The translations under genes were made by a program, and so were the position numbers. 64,000 nt of DNA, taken from NCBI GenBank assembly GCA_963733295.1, contig CAVTCS010000003.1:1536001-1600000 (forward strand), in the 5' to 3' direction. Shown piece by piece: positions 28,251 through 40,264 of this stretch. This DNA comes from Vulcanimicrobiota bacterium (lineage in GTDB: Bacteria; Vulcanimicrobiota; Vulcanimicrobiia; Vulcanimicrobiales; Vulcanimicrobiaceae). The notes beneath the pieces are model-generated. The model ran no database searches, had not been told where the DNA came from, and saw only the letters and a list, made by a program, of their open reading frames with translations. How positions within the stretch are numbered: position 1 is the stretch's first letter; every line of letters starts with the position of its first letter.

Positions 28251-29453
28251 ATGAGTTGGAGTGCGCGGGCCGTCGCGACCAAGCGGCCGCCGCGGCGCGT
28301 TCGCGAGACGATCTCGGCGGCGGAAGCGCGACGGATTGCCCTGGCGGCCCAAGGCTTCGGCGACGCCAGACCGACCGGTCCGGTCGACCTTCGCCACGTG
28401 CGCGCAGTCTTCGATAAGATCGGCGTCGTCCAGATCGACAGCGTCAACGTGCTGGTCCGCTCGCATTATCTTCCGCTGTTCTCGCGACTCGGGCCGTACC
28501 CGCACGCTTTGCTCGAGCGCGCCGCCTACGGCAAACGCCGCGCCCTCTTCGAATACTGGGGACATGAGGCGTCCTTCTTGCCGCTTTCGACGCAGCCGTT
28601 ATTGCGCTGGCGTATGGACGAAGCGAAGCTCGGCTTGGGAACGTGGAAACGCATCGAGCGCATCGCCCACGAGCAACCGAAACTGATCGAGCGCGTGCTC
28701 GAGGTGATTCGGGAACGCGGCCCGATCGCCGCTTCCGATTTCGACGGCGCGCGCGGCACCGGAAGCTGGTGGGGTTGGAGCGATGCGAAAGCGGTCCTCG
28801 AGTACTTGTTTTGGTCGGGCGCGGTCACGACGGCGCACCGGCGCAATTTCGAGCGGCTGTACGATCTTACCGAACGCGTGCTGCCGGTCGAAATCGTCGC
28901 GTTGCCCGCCCCGGCGCGCGCCGACGCGCAACGAAACCTCGTGCGAATCGCTGCGCGCGCGCTGGGGGTTGCGACCGAAGCCGATCTGCGCGACTATTTC
29001 CGGCTCGGAGTAAGCGACGCTCGCGCCCGGGTCGCCGAGTTGGTGGCAGCGGGCGAACTTCTCGCGCTTGCCGTCGAAGGCTGGAAGCAGGCGGCCTACC
29101 TCTGCGCCGGCGCCCGCCTTCCGCGCCGGGTCGACGCGCGCGCTCTGCTCTCGCCGTTCGACTCGCTCGTCTGGTATCGCGCTCGGGCCGAACGGCTTTT
29201 CGACTTTCGCTATCGCATCGAGATCTACGTGCCCGCACATCTGCGAATTCACGGGTACTACGTGCTGCCGTTTCTCTACGGCGATAGGCTGACCGCGAGA
29301 GTCGATCTCAAGTCCGACCGGGCACGCGGTGTCCTCATGGTGCGCAGCGTCCATCACGAGCCGCATGCATCGCGCGAGGCCAAAGCGGCATTGCGCGCGC
29401 AATTGCGCGCGCTAGCGGACTGGCTGGAACTCGAACGCCTGGAGTTTCCCTAG
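28251..29453 (+). CDS. ycaQ: Interstrand-crosslink repair DNA glycosylase, YcaQ/AlkZ (HTH_42) family
   Basis: QIDSVNVLVRSHY (QxD catalytic motif), FEYWGHEAS, LLSPFD, YRIEIYVP...GYYVLP. Confidence 0.9.
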   Translation: MSWSARAVATKRPPRRVRETISAAEARRIALAAQGFGDARPTGPVDLRHVRAVFDKIGVVQIDSVNVLVRSHYLPLFSRLGPYPHALLERAAYGKRRALFEYWGHEASFLPLSTQPLLRWRMDEAKLGLGTWKRIERIAHEQPKLIERVLEVIRERGPIAASDFDGARGTGSWWGWSDAKAVLEYLFWSGAVTTAHRRNFERLYDLTERVLPVEIVALPAPARADAQRNLVRIAARALGVATEADLRDYFRLGVSDARARVAELVAAGELLALAVEGWKQAAYLCAGARLPRRVDARALLSPFDSLVWYRARAERLFDFRYRIEIYVPAHLRIHGYYVLPFLYGDRLTARVDLKSDRARGVLMVRSVHHEPHASREAKAALRAQLRALADWLELERLEFP

Positions 29454-29463
29454 CGGGTTGCCG

Positions 29464-29922
29464 TTACGGCAGCGGATGCGTGTCCGTAGGATCCTGCGGC
29501 GGCGTCTTGATCGAAAGCAGCTTGAGTTTCCCCGAGTCGACGAGGCCGCCGTGCGCGGTGCCCTTCGGGACGATCAGCAACGTCCCCGGCGAGAGCGCGA
29601 CCTGCTTTTCACCGAGCCACTCCGATCCCGAACCATCCAGCACGACTTGAATCTCGTTCGCGTCGGCGTGATAGTGCTTGAAGACGGTCCCCATTTGAAC
29701 TGCGATCGTCAATCCGTCGGTGACCACCAGCGTTTTCGAGCGCAGGTTAGGCGTCGCCGCGCCGGGCGGCGGCAGGCTCTCGGGGGTAATCGCGGCCAAA
29801 TCGATGACGGTCGGTTGCAGGGGTGCTGCGGCGGCGCGCACCGCAGCCGGACTCCACGCGGCGATAAGGCCCAGTGCGAAGGCGACCGCGGCAATTGCCG
29901 CGGAACTAATGGTCTGTTTCAT
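29464..29922 (-). CDS. Secreted cupin-domain protein
   Basis: Signal peptide, HYH...E and PKG..H cupin metal motif. Confidence 0.85.
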   Translation of the reverse strand: MKQTISSAAIAAVAFALGLIAAWSPAAVRAAAAPLQPTVIDLAAITPESLPPPGAATPNLRSKTLVVTDGLTIAVQMGTVFKHYHADANEIQVVLDGSGSEWLGEKQVALSPGTLLIVPKGTAHGGLVDSGKLKLLSIKTPPQDPTDTHPLP

Positions 29923-29983
29923 GGCTCTTGACTACTTCGCGGGAGCCGGTGTCCCTGCGAGGGGTTTCGGAAGCCCTAGTGCG

Positions 29984-30901
29984 CTAGCAGCCCTGGTTGC
30001 TGACGTAGTAGTTGTAGTCGTTCTGACTGGCCACGTTGATGCGCTCGAACGCGCTCACTTCGCCGACGTACTTGAGGTTCGTGCACAGGACGAGAAAGCC
30101 CGTCGCCTGATGATCGTAGACGGGATCGTTCGGATTGTTGTAGACGTTCGATTTCGCGAAGTTCCGGTTCGCCGACACGACGGTCGAGTAATAGTACTGA
30201 ATGCCGTTTTGCGCGATATAGTTGACGCTGCCGGCTCCGATCGCCGTCGTATTTGAGACGGCAACGCTCGAACCGCCGTTGAAGGCCGTACCGTTCTTCT
30301 GATACTGCCCGATCGACGTCGAAGTGACGACCGCGCGAACGCCTTCGAAGTACAGGCCGACGCCCGTTTGAACGCCGTTCGGATCGTAGGTTCCATTCGG
30401 GTCGTGATTCCCGATGCGCGAAATGTTGAAGCCCGAGATCCCCAGGTTCTGCGTTCCGATCGCGAGCACTCCAAATTGATTCGCGTCGACGATCGTGTCG
30501 CGAACGAGAGACGCACCGTTCGCGCTCGAGTCGAGATAGATGCCGATGTCGCAACCAGCGGCGTTGACGGTCGCGTTCGATATCGGCCCGACCACCGCGG
30601 CCGTCAGCGAGACCGTTCCATGTCCCGGAAAATCGATCGTCAGCGGCGTGCAGCTCGGCGACGCCGGCGTCAGCGGTAGGGTTTTCCGGGTTTGCGTGGC
30701 CGCCTCAACAAGATCGGGTCCGAAGACGAACGGCGACGCGACCGCGGGACCTTGCCGGCTCACGACCCAAGCGGGCCGAACGACCTGCGCCGCGGGCGGT
30801 TCGAGGGCGGCCGGCGCCACGGGCGCCGCCGAGTTCGAACATCCGGTAGCGGCAAAACATGCCGCGAGCGCTGCGGCCGAAAGTCCGCGAAAAACCAACA
30901 T
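29984..30901 (-). CDS. Lipoprotein with beta-helix-like repeats
   Basis: Lipobox ATGC, GAGG upstream, GVQTGVGL, YQKNG, AQNGIQ. Confidence 0.7.
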   Translation of the reverse strand: MLVFRGLSAAALAACFAATGCSNSAAPVAPAALEPPAAQVVRPAWVVSRQGPAVASPFVFGPDLVEAATQTRKTLPLTPASPSCTPLTIDFPGHGTVSLTAAVVGPISNATVNAAGCDIGIYLDSSANGASLVRDTIVDANQFGVLAIGTQNLGISGFNISRIGNHDPNGTYDPNGVQTGVGLYFEGVRAVVTSTSIGQYQKNGTAFNGGSSVAVSNTTAIGAGSVNYIAQNGIQYYYSTVVSANRNFAKSNVYNNPNDPVYDHQATGFLVLCTNLKYVGEVSAFERINVASQNDYNYYVSNQGC

Positions 30902-31075
30902 GGTGCGTACCTCGTCGACGCGTAAGGCGCCAGCGGCGCTCTTGACGGTTATCGGCAACGCCCGATGGCGCATGAACGGCCCGAGGCGCTGTGCCTTTTG
31001 TCGCACGCTGTTCGCACACTGTTTTGGTAAGCCGGCTCGCAACCCGTGGGCCCCCGCGATGGTATCTTCTATAAG

Positions 31076-31738
31076 ATGAAGAGCAAGAATCGCCTCAGCT
31101 CCGCCGTTACCGCACTCTTGAGCCTCGCTTTGCTCGGCGGAACGATCGGAGCCGGCTTCCCTGACCCGCCCGCCAGTCCGGCCGAAAGCGGGACTTCGAG
31201 CGAACAGGTCGTTCTCGCGGGTGGCTGCTTTTGGGGCATGGAGGCGGTCTTCGAACAGCTCAAGGGCGTCTCGCGCGTCGTCTCCGGCTACGCCGGCGGC
31301 TCCGCCGCGACCGCGCACTACGAGATGGTGAGCACCGGAACGACGGGGCACGCCGAATCGGTCGAGATCACCTACGACCCTCACCAGATCTCATTCGGAG
31401 CGATCCTCAAGGTCTATTTCGCGGTCGCACACGATCCGACCGAACTGAACCGGCAAGGTCCCGACTCGGGATCGCAATACCGCTCGTCGATCTTCTATAC
31501 GAGCGCCGCACAGCAGCAGCTCGCCGAAGCGTACATCAAGAAACTCGAGGTAGCCAAGGTGTTCGCAGATCCTATCGTTACGACGGTCGTTCCCCTCAAG
31601 GGATTCTATGCCGCGGAAGATTACCACCAGCATTTCGTCGCGCGCAACCCCTACTATCCGTACGTCGTATTTAACGACAAGCCAAAACTGAAAGCCCTGC
31701 GCGAAGAGTTTCCGCAGTTGGTCGTCGCGTCTCGCTGA
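31076..31738 (+). CDS. msrA: Peptide-methionine (S)-S-oxide reductase, exported
   Basis: GGCFWG, GHAE, QYRS, AEDYHQ, hydrophobic N-terminal signal. Confidence 0.95.
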   Translation: MKSKNRLSSAVTALLSLALLGGTIGAGFPDPPASPAESGTSSEQVVLAGGCFWGMEAVFEQLKGVSRVVSGYAGGSAATAHYEMVSTGTTGHAESVEITYDPHQISFGAILKVYFAVAHDPTELNRQGPDSGSQYRSSIFYTSAAQQQLAEAYIKKLEVAKVFADPIVTTVVPLKGFYAAEDYHQHFVARNPYYPYVVFNDKPKLKALREEFPQLVVASR

Positions 31739-31745
31739 TACCGCA

Positions 31746-32153
31746 TTAGGGTCTTGCTTCGTTCTCCGGAGCGAACTGCAGCGCGAGCGAGTTGATGCAG
31801 TAGCGCTGCCCGGTCGGAGCCGGACCGTCGTCGAAGACGTGTCCGAGATGCGAGCCGCAGCGCGCGCAGCGCACCTCGGTGCGCGACCTATCGAGCGAGC
31901 GATCTTCGACTAGCTCGACCGTTCCGGCCGCGATCGGCGCGGTGAAGCTCGGCCAACCGCTGCCGCTATCGAATTTTTCATTCGACTTGAAGAGCTCGGC
32001 GTCGCACGCACCGCAGCGATACGTTCCATCCGCCTTGTTGAAGTTGAGCTCGCCGCTGAAAGGGGGTTCGGTCGCAGCTTGACGCAGGACTGCGTAACGC
32101 TCGGGATCGAGCTTCGTACGCCATTCGGTATCGGGCTTCTCAATGCGATTCAT
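31746..32153 (-). CDS. msrB: Peptide-methionine (R)-S-oxide reductase
   Basis: CGAC and CARC zinc ligands, GWPSF, HLGHVF, RYCINS. Confidence 0.96.
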   Translation of the reverse strand: MNRIEKPDTEWRTKLDPERYAVLRQAATEPPFSGELNFNKADGTYRCGACDAELFKSNEKFDSGSGWPSFTAPIAAGTVELVEDRSLDRSRTEVRCARCGSHLGHVFDDGPAPTGQRYCINSLALQFAPENEARP

Positions 32154-32191
32154 GCGGGGTGCTTCGCTTCACGGCAGCGGCATCCCGCGTC

Positions 32192-33244
32192 TCACATCAT
32201 GCGAAAGCCGTGTGCCGGCGAACCGCCCGCCTCGACGGGTCCCGGTGCGCGATCGGGCGTTTGCATCCAGGGCATGAGAGCGCGCAGTTTCTTACCGACT
32301 TGCTCGATCGGATGGGTAGCCCAGCTCGTGCGGAACGCACGAAAGCGCGGCTTGCCCGCCGCGTGCTCGGCGACCCACTCTTTCGCAAACGCTCCCGACT
32401 GAATGTCGCTCAAGAGTTTGCGCATCGCCTCCTTCGTCTCCGCGGTCACCACGGCATCACCCCGTGTGTAGTCGCCGTACTTCGCCGTGTTGCTGACGGC
32501 GTCGCGCATGCCTTCGATGCCGCGTTCGTACATCAAGTCGACGATCAGTTTGACTTCGTGCAGGCACTCGAAGTACGCCATTTCGGGGGCGTAGCCGGCT
32601 TCGACGAGGGTTTCGAATCCCGCGGTTACGAGACGCGTCAAGCCGCCGCACAGGACGGCCTGCTCGCCGAACAGATCGGTCTCGGTCTCTTCCTTGAAGG
32701 TCGTTTCGAGGACGCCCGCCCGTCCGCCGCCGATCGCGCTCGCGTAAGCGAGGGCCACCTCACGCGTGTCGCCGGCCGGGTCTTGCGCGACCGCGATCAA
32801 ACAAGGCGTCCCGCGGCCCGCTTCGTATTCGCTGCGCACGAGCCGTCCCGGCGCCTTCGGCGCGACCATAAAAACATTGGCCCCAGGCGGCGGCGCAATC
32901 GTTCCGAAGTGGATTGCGAAGCCGTGCGCGAAGGCGAGATAGGCGCCGGGCCGTAGGTTCGCCTCGATGCTTTTCTTGAAGATCGCGGGTTGCTCTTCGT
33001 CGGGTGCGAGCAGCATGACGACGTCGGCGCGGCGCGTCGCAGCCTCGACCGAGTCGTGCGGAATCCCGTCTTCGGCGGCCGCGTGACGCGAGGACGAACC
33101 CTCGCGCAGTCCGGCGACGACGTCGCAGCCGCTGTCGCGCAGGTTACGCGCATGGGCGCGACCCTGACTACCGTAGCCGATGATCGCAATGGTCTTTCCG
33201 CGGAGTTTCTCCGGCTTCGCGTCGCCGTCGTAGAGGGGCTTCAT
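32192..33244 (-). CDS. ilvC: Ketol-acid reductoisomerase
   Basis: [37 protein letters not shown]. Confidence 0.97.
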   Translation of the reverse strand: MKPLYDGDAKPEKLRGKTIAIIGYGSQGRAHARNLRDSGCDVVAGLREGSSSRHAAAEDGIPHDSVEAATRRADVVMLLAPDEEQPAIFKKSIEANLRPGAYLAFAHGFAIHFGTIAPPPGANVFMVAPKAPGRLVRSEYEAGRGTPCLIAVAQDPAGDTREVALAYASAIGGGRAGVLETTFKEETETDLFGEQAVLCGGLTRLVTAGFETLVEAGYAPEMAYFECLHEVKLIVDLMYERGIEGMRDAVSNTAKYGDYTRGDAVVTAETKEAMRKLLSDIQSGAFAKEWVAEHAAGKPRFRAFRTSWATHPIEQVGKKLRALMPWMQTPDRAPGPVEAGGSPAHGFRMM

Positions 33245-33456
33245 CGGGACATCTCCTTATCGTCGTTGCAGAGGCGTATGAGTTGAGCGTAGAGCCGGCG
33301 CAGCGCGTCGGGCGCTCCAACCAACTCCAAAGTGGCCTGGTAACGATCGTTGCGGGCGCGCACGTCGACGCGGGTGTAAGCGCAACCCAGCCGGCCGATC
33401 AAGCCGACGACGCGCTCGAGCACGCGCCAGTCGTGAAGTTCGAGCGTGATGCTCAC
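33241..33456 (-). CDS. Minimal ACT-domain acetolactate synthase small subunit (IlvM-like, 71 aa)
   Basis: 3' end of ORF 33241..34431. GTGA/ATGA overlaps with both ilvB and ilv[17 protein letters not shown]-like helix. Confidence 0.75.
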   Translation of the reverse strand: MSITLELHDWRVLERVVGLIGRLGCAYTRVDVRARNDRYQATLELVGAPDALRRLYAQLIRLCNDDKEMSR

Positions 33457-35162
33457 GCGAGCACCTGCTCGGGCTCCGCCGCGGGCCCGAGAGCCTCGTG
33501 GACGCTGCCGCCGGGAGGAATGAGCGGCCAGCAGTTCTCCGCGGGAAAGCACTCGCAGTGGAGCAGCATCGCCTCCCGAGATTCGAGGAAGCGCTTGAGC
33601 GCCCCATCCAGTTCGCCGGGCTCGCAGACGGCCTCGGCGCGCACGCCGTATCCGCGTGCGATCGCGACAAAGTCCGGATTGTCGGACAGGTCCGTTGCAG
33701 AGTAACGCTGCTCGTAGAAAAGTTCTTGCCATTGCCGCACCATGCCGAGGCGGCGATTGTCGATGAGCAAAATCTTGACCGGCAAATCGTAGCGTCGCAG
33801 CGTCGCCAGCTCGGCCAGCGCCATCTGGAAGCCGCCGTCGCCGACGACTGCGATGACCTCGCGTCCCGGATGCGCGAATTGGGCGCCGATCGCAGCCGGC
33901 AGGCCGAAGCCCATCGCGCCGAGTCCCGCCGAGGTCAGGAAATCGCGTGGATCGCCGGCGCGTTGCCGTTGGGCGGCCCACATCTGATGCTGGCCGACGT
34001 CGGTTGCCACGATCGTGCCGGGTGCAAGCGAGGCGAACAAGCGATCCAAGACGTCGGTCGCGGAAAGATCGTTCTCGGGCGCCCGGTCGACGGGCAGCGC
34101 TCCGCCGAGCGACCGCGCGCGCTCGGCCCAGCTCGTGAACACCGGCATCTCGCACGCTCCGAGCCGGCGCAGCAGATGCGTGAGCGTCTGGCGCAAGTCG
34201 CCGCGCAGCCCAACTGCAACGGGCACGATCTTGCCGATTTCCAAAGCGTCGACGTCGGCGTGGATGAAACGGGCGTTGCGGGCGAACTTGTCCGGCCGGC
34301 CGGTCACGCGATCGTCGAAGCGCATCCCGAGCGCGAGCACGACGTCGGCCTCGGCGACGGCGATGTTCGCGCTCTTCCAACCGTGCATCCCGAGCATGCC
34401 GAGGAAATGCGGATCGCCCGGCGCCGCGCAACCGAGTCCGTTGATCGTCGCGGTGTGCGGAAGATCGAGTTGCGCGCAGAGTTTGCGGAAAAGGTGTACC
34501 GCCTCGGCGCTGCGTACGCCGCCGCCGGCGATCGCAACCGGCCGTTGTGACTGCCGCAACAGTGCGACGGCCTCATCCAGCGACGCGTCGTCCGGGCGTT
34601 GCGCGGGCGGGTAGGCGGCACGGCGCCCGAACGGATCGAACGGCGCGACCGCCGCCTTCAAGACGTCCTGCGGAATGTCGACGAGCACCGGACCGGGACG
34701 CGGACCCCGGGCCACGCGGAAGGCCGCGCGCAGCGTGCGTTCGAGCTCGGCGGCGTCGCGCACGCACACGCTGCGCTTCGTGACGGGCCCGGCAATCGAA
34801 GCCACGTCGGCTTCCTGAAAAGCGTCGGTTCCCATGACCGCCGTGCGCACTTGACCGGTGATCGCGACCACGGGAATCGAATCCATCTGCGCGTCGAGCA
34901 AGCCCGTGATCAAGTTCGTTGCGCCGGGGCCCGAGGTGGCGACGCAGACGCCGACGCGACCGCTCGAACGCGCGTAGCCGCCCGCGGCGAAAGCGGCCGC
35001 GGCTTCGTGCCGGGTGAGGACGTGCAGCAGTCCGTGGCCCAAGAGCGCATCGTATAACGGCATGATCGCGCCGCCTGGATAGCCGAAAATCGTTTCGACG
35101 CCTTCATCGGCGAGAACGTCGAGAACGAGGCGTGCGCCGGTCGATCGGCCGGTTTCGAGCAC
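33453..35162 (-). CDS. ilvB: Acetolactate synthase large subunit
   Basis: FGYPGGAIMP, TSGPGATN, TDVGQHQMW, GDGGFQM..N ThDP motif, AGGGGAG RBS. Confidence 0.96.
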   Translation of the reverse strand: MLETGRSTGARLVLDVLADEGVETIFGYPGGAIMPLYDALLGHGLLHVLTRHEAAAAFAAGGYARSSGRVGVCVATSGPGATNLITGLLDAQMDSIPVVAITGQVRTAVMGTDAFQEADVASIAGPVTKRSVCVRDAAELERTLRAAFRVARGPRPGPVLVDIPQDVLKAAVAPFDPFGRRAAYPPAQRPDDASLDEAVALLRQSQRPVAIAGGGVRSAEAVHLFRKLCAQLDLPHTATINGLGCAAPGDPHFLGMLGMHGWKSANIAVAEADVVLALGMRFDDRVTGRPDKFARNARFIHADVDALEIGKIVPVAVGLRGDLRQTLTHLLRRLGACEMPVFTSWAERARSLGGALPVDRAPENDLSATDVLDRLFASLAPGTIVATDVGQHQMWAAQRQRAGDPRDFLTSAGLGAMGFGLPAAIGAQFAHPGREVIAVVGDGGFQMALAELATLRRYDLPVKILLIDNRRLGMVRQWQELFYEQRYSATDLSDNPDFVAIARGYGVRAEAVCEPGELDGALKRFLESREAMLLHCECFPAENCWPLIPPGGSVHEALGPAAEPEQVLA

Positions 35163-35179
35163 TCTGAGCTCCCCTTTGC

Positions 35180-35216
35180 AAAAGCAAAAGCCCCTCGCCG
35201 GTTGGCGAGGGGCTTT
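35180..35216 (-). terminator. ilv attenuator terminator
   Basis: AAAGCCCCTCGCC-aacc-GGCGAGGGGCTTT followed by TGCTTTT on the minus strand, just upstream of the ilvB RBS. Confidence 0.88.
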
Positions 35217-35240
35217 CGCGTATATTTCGAGTTCCGTGTC

Positions 35241-35318
35241 CTACGCGATAGCTCTCCGTCGCCCAACCGATGGCTGGCGAATAAGGCTAACTACGATTTG
35301 GAGCACTGCGCGGAACAT
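35241..35318 (-). CDS. ilv operon leader peptide MFRAVLQIVVSLIRQPSVGRRRAIA
   Basis: V-L-Q-I-V-V-S-L-I cluster using rare GTA/GTT/CTT/ATT codons. Alternative hairpins and a terminator lie downstream. Confidence 0.8.
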   Translation of the reverse strand: MFRAVLQIVVSLIRQPSVGRRRAIA

Positions 35319-35327
35319 CTGAGGCAG

Positions 35328-35357
35328 TGTGTACCACGTGACGGCTGCGGAAGTCAA
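35328..35357 (-). promoter_or_regulatory. Candidate sigma70 promoter of the ilv leader
   Basis: TTGACT-N18-TACACA with an upstream TG, 9 nt before the leader ATG. Confidence 0.45.
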
Positions 35358-35381
35358 GCAGACAGCTGCGATCTGTGGCGC

Positions 35382-35411
35382 TTGACGCGAACTCCGGCGC
35401 CGTGTTACGTT
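35382..35411 (+). promoter_or_regulatory. Sigma70 promoter of the leu leader (likely leaderless mRNA)
   Basis: TTGACG-N18-TACGTT with extended TGn, 7 nt before ATG 35419. Confidence 0.65.
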
Positions 35412-35418
35412 GCCGCCT

Positions 35419-38588
<3,170 letters not shown>

Positions 38589-38592
<4 letters not shown>

Positions 38593-39119
38593 TCATCGAC
38601 GGATACGTCTTGCCGCTCGACCGCGCCGACATCGACACCGACCAAATCATCCCGGCCCATCTTTTGACCGGGATTGAGACGACGGGCCTCGGCCGCCATC
38701 TCTTTCGCGGCATGCCGGGCGGCCTCGAGCTTCTCGAAAGCGCGCATCCCAAGGCGAACGTCCTCGTGACCGGCGAAAACTTCGGGTGCGGGAGTTCGCG
38801 CGAACACGCGGCTTGGTCGCTCAAAGACCGGGGATTCCTGGCCGTCATCGCCCCCAGCTTCGCGCGAATCTTTCATGAGAACGCTTATAACAACGGGCTC
38901 GCGCCAATCGTGGTCGACCCGGCGCAGGTAGACGGCCTCTTGTCCGCAGAACGCCTGCACATCGACCTCGTCGACGAGACGATCGTTCACGCCGACGGTA
39001 CGATACTGAAGTTTTCGCTGGACCCTTTGCGCAAGCAGTTTCTGCTCGAAGGCGGCTATATGGAGTTCATGGCAAAGCGCGTCGGAAAAGTTCGTACTTG
39101 GCTCGAGGCTCGCGCGTGA
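38589..39119 (+). CDS. leuD: 3-isopropylmalate dehydratase small subunit
   Basis: DIDTDQIIP, NFGCGSSREHA, FARIF..N..NNG. Confidence 0.96.
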
Positions 39120-40234
39120 CGAAAACCGTCGCGATCTTGCCCGGCGACGGCATCGGCGCCGAGGTGACCGTGGCGGCGACGCGAGTTCTTCTCGCGTTGC
39201 GTCCGGACGTCGAATACGCGCACGGCGAAGTCGGCGTCAAACCCCTCGAGCGCGATGGAACCGCGTACCCTCTCGCGACGCGCGAACTCTGCCGGCGCAG
39301 CGATGCGATTCTCTTCGGCGCCGTAGGCGATCCGCGCTACGACGCGGCACCCTCGGGAAAGCGTCCCGAGTTCGCGATCCTGCAAATTCGCAAAGACTTC
39401 GATCTGTTCGCGAACCTGCGTCCGGTGAAAACGATTCCCGGCTTGGAATCAGCTTCTTCGCTCAAACCTGAGTTGGCCCAGAACATCGACCTCGTCGTCG
39501 TGCGCGAGACGACCTCCGGTCTCTACTTTGGGAAACCCAAAGAGACGCGTCACATCGACGGCGTCGAAACGGCGACCGACACGCTCGTCTACCGGCGCCC
39601 CGAGATCGAACGCATCGCGCGCGTCGCCTTCGAGCTCGCCCGCAAGCGGCGGGGCCACGTCGCGTCGATCGACAAAGCCAACGTTCTGGAGAGCGGCAGA
39701 CTCTGGCGCAAGGTCGTTACCGAGCTTCACGACAGCAGTTATTCCGACGTTTGGCTGACGCACGTTCTGGTGGACAACGCCGCGATGCAGCTGCTGCGCG
39801 ACCCGCACAGCTTCGACGTGCTGCTCACCGAGAACACCTTCGGCGACATCCTGAGCGACGAGGCCGCAATGTTGACCGGATCGCTCGGCAACCTTCCCAG
39901 CGCCACCCTCGGAACGAAGGGCGACGAGCGCGCACGCTTTGGCTTGTACGAACCGATCGGCGGAAGCGCTCCCGATATCGCAGGCCTGGGCGTGGCCAAT
40001 CCGATCGCCGCGATCTTGTCGGCAGCGCTGCTCTGCCGCTACAGCCTCGGCGACGAAACGAGCGCTCAACGCATCGAGAACGCCGTCGAGCGCACCGTTC
40101 GCGACGGAGCGCGCACGCGCGACCTCGTGCGCGAGGGTGAGCCCTTCTTGTCGACCGAGGCTTTTACCGAGCGTCTGCTCGCAGCACTGGCGGAAACGGG
40201 CGAAGCCTCGCCGGCGCTCTCGCTCGCGCGGTAG
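39116..40234 (+). CDS. leuB: 3-isopropylmalate dehydrogenase
   Basis: LPGDGIG.E, NLRP, DKANVL, N.FGDILSDEA, EP..GSAPDIAG. Confidence 0.96.
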   Translation: MTKTVAILPGDGIGAEVTVAATRVLLALRPDVEYAHGEVGVKPLERDGTAYPLATRELCRRSDAILFGAVGDPRYDAAPSGKRPEFAILQIRKDFDLFANLRPVKTIPGLESASSLKPELAQNIDLVVVRETTSGLYFGKPKETRHIDGVETATDTLVYRRPEIERIARVAFELARKRRGHVASIDKANVLESGRLWRKVVTELHDSSYSDVWLTHVLVDNAAMQLLRDPHSFDVLLTENTFGDILSDEAAMLTGSLGNLPSATLGTKGDERARFGLYEPIGGSAPDIAGLGVANPIAAILSAALLCRYSLGDETSAQRIENAVERTVRDGARTRDLVREGEPFLSTEAFTERLLAALAETGEASPALSLAR

Positions 40235-40264
40235 ATTTCCCGGCCGGCCGGGAACGTGCTTGGG

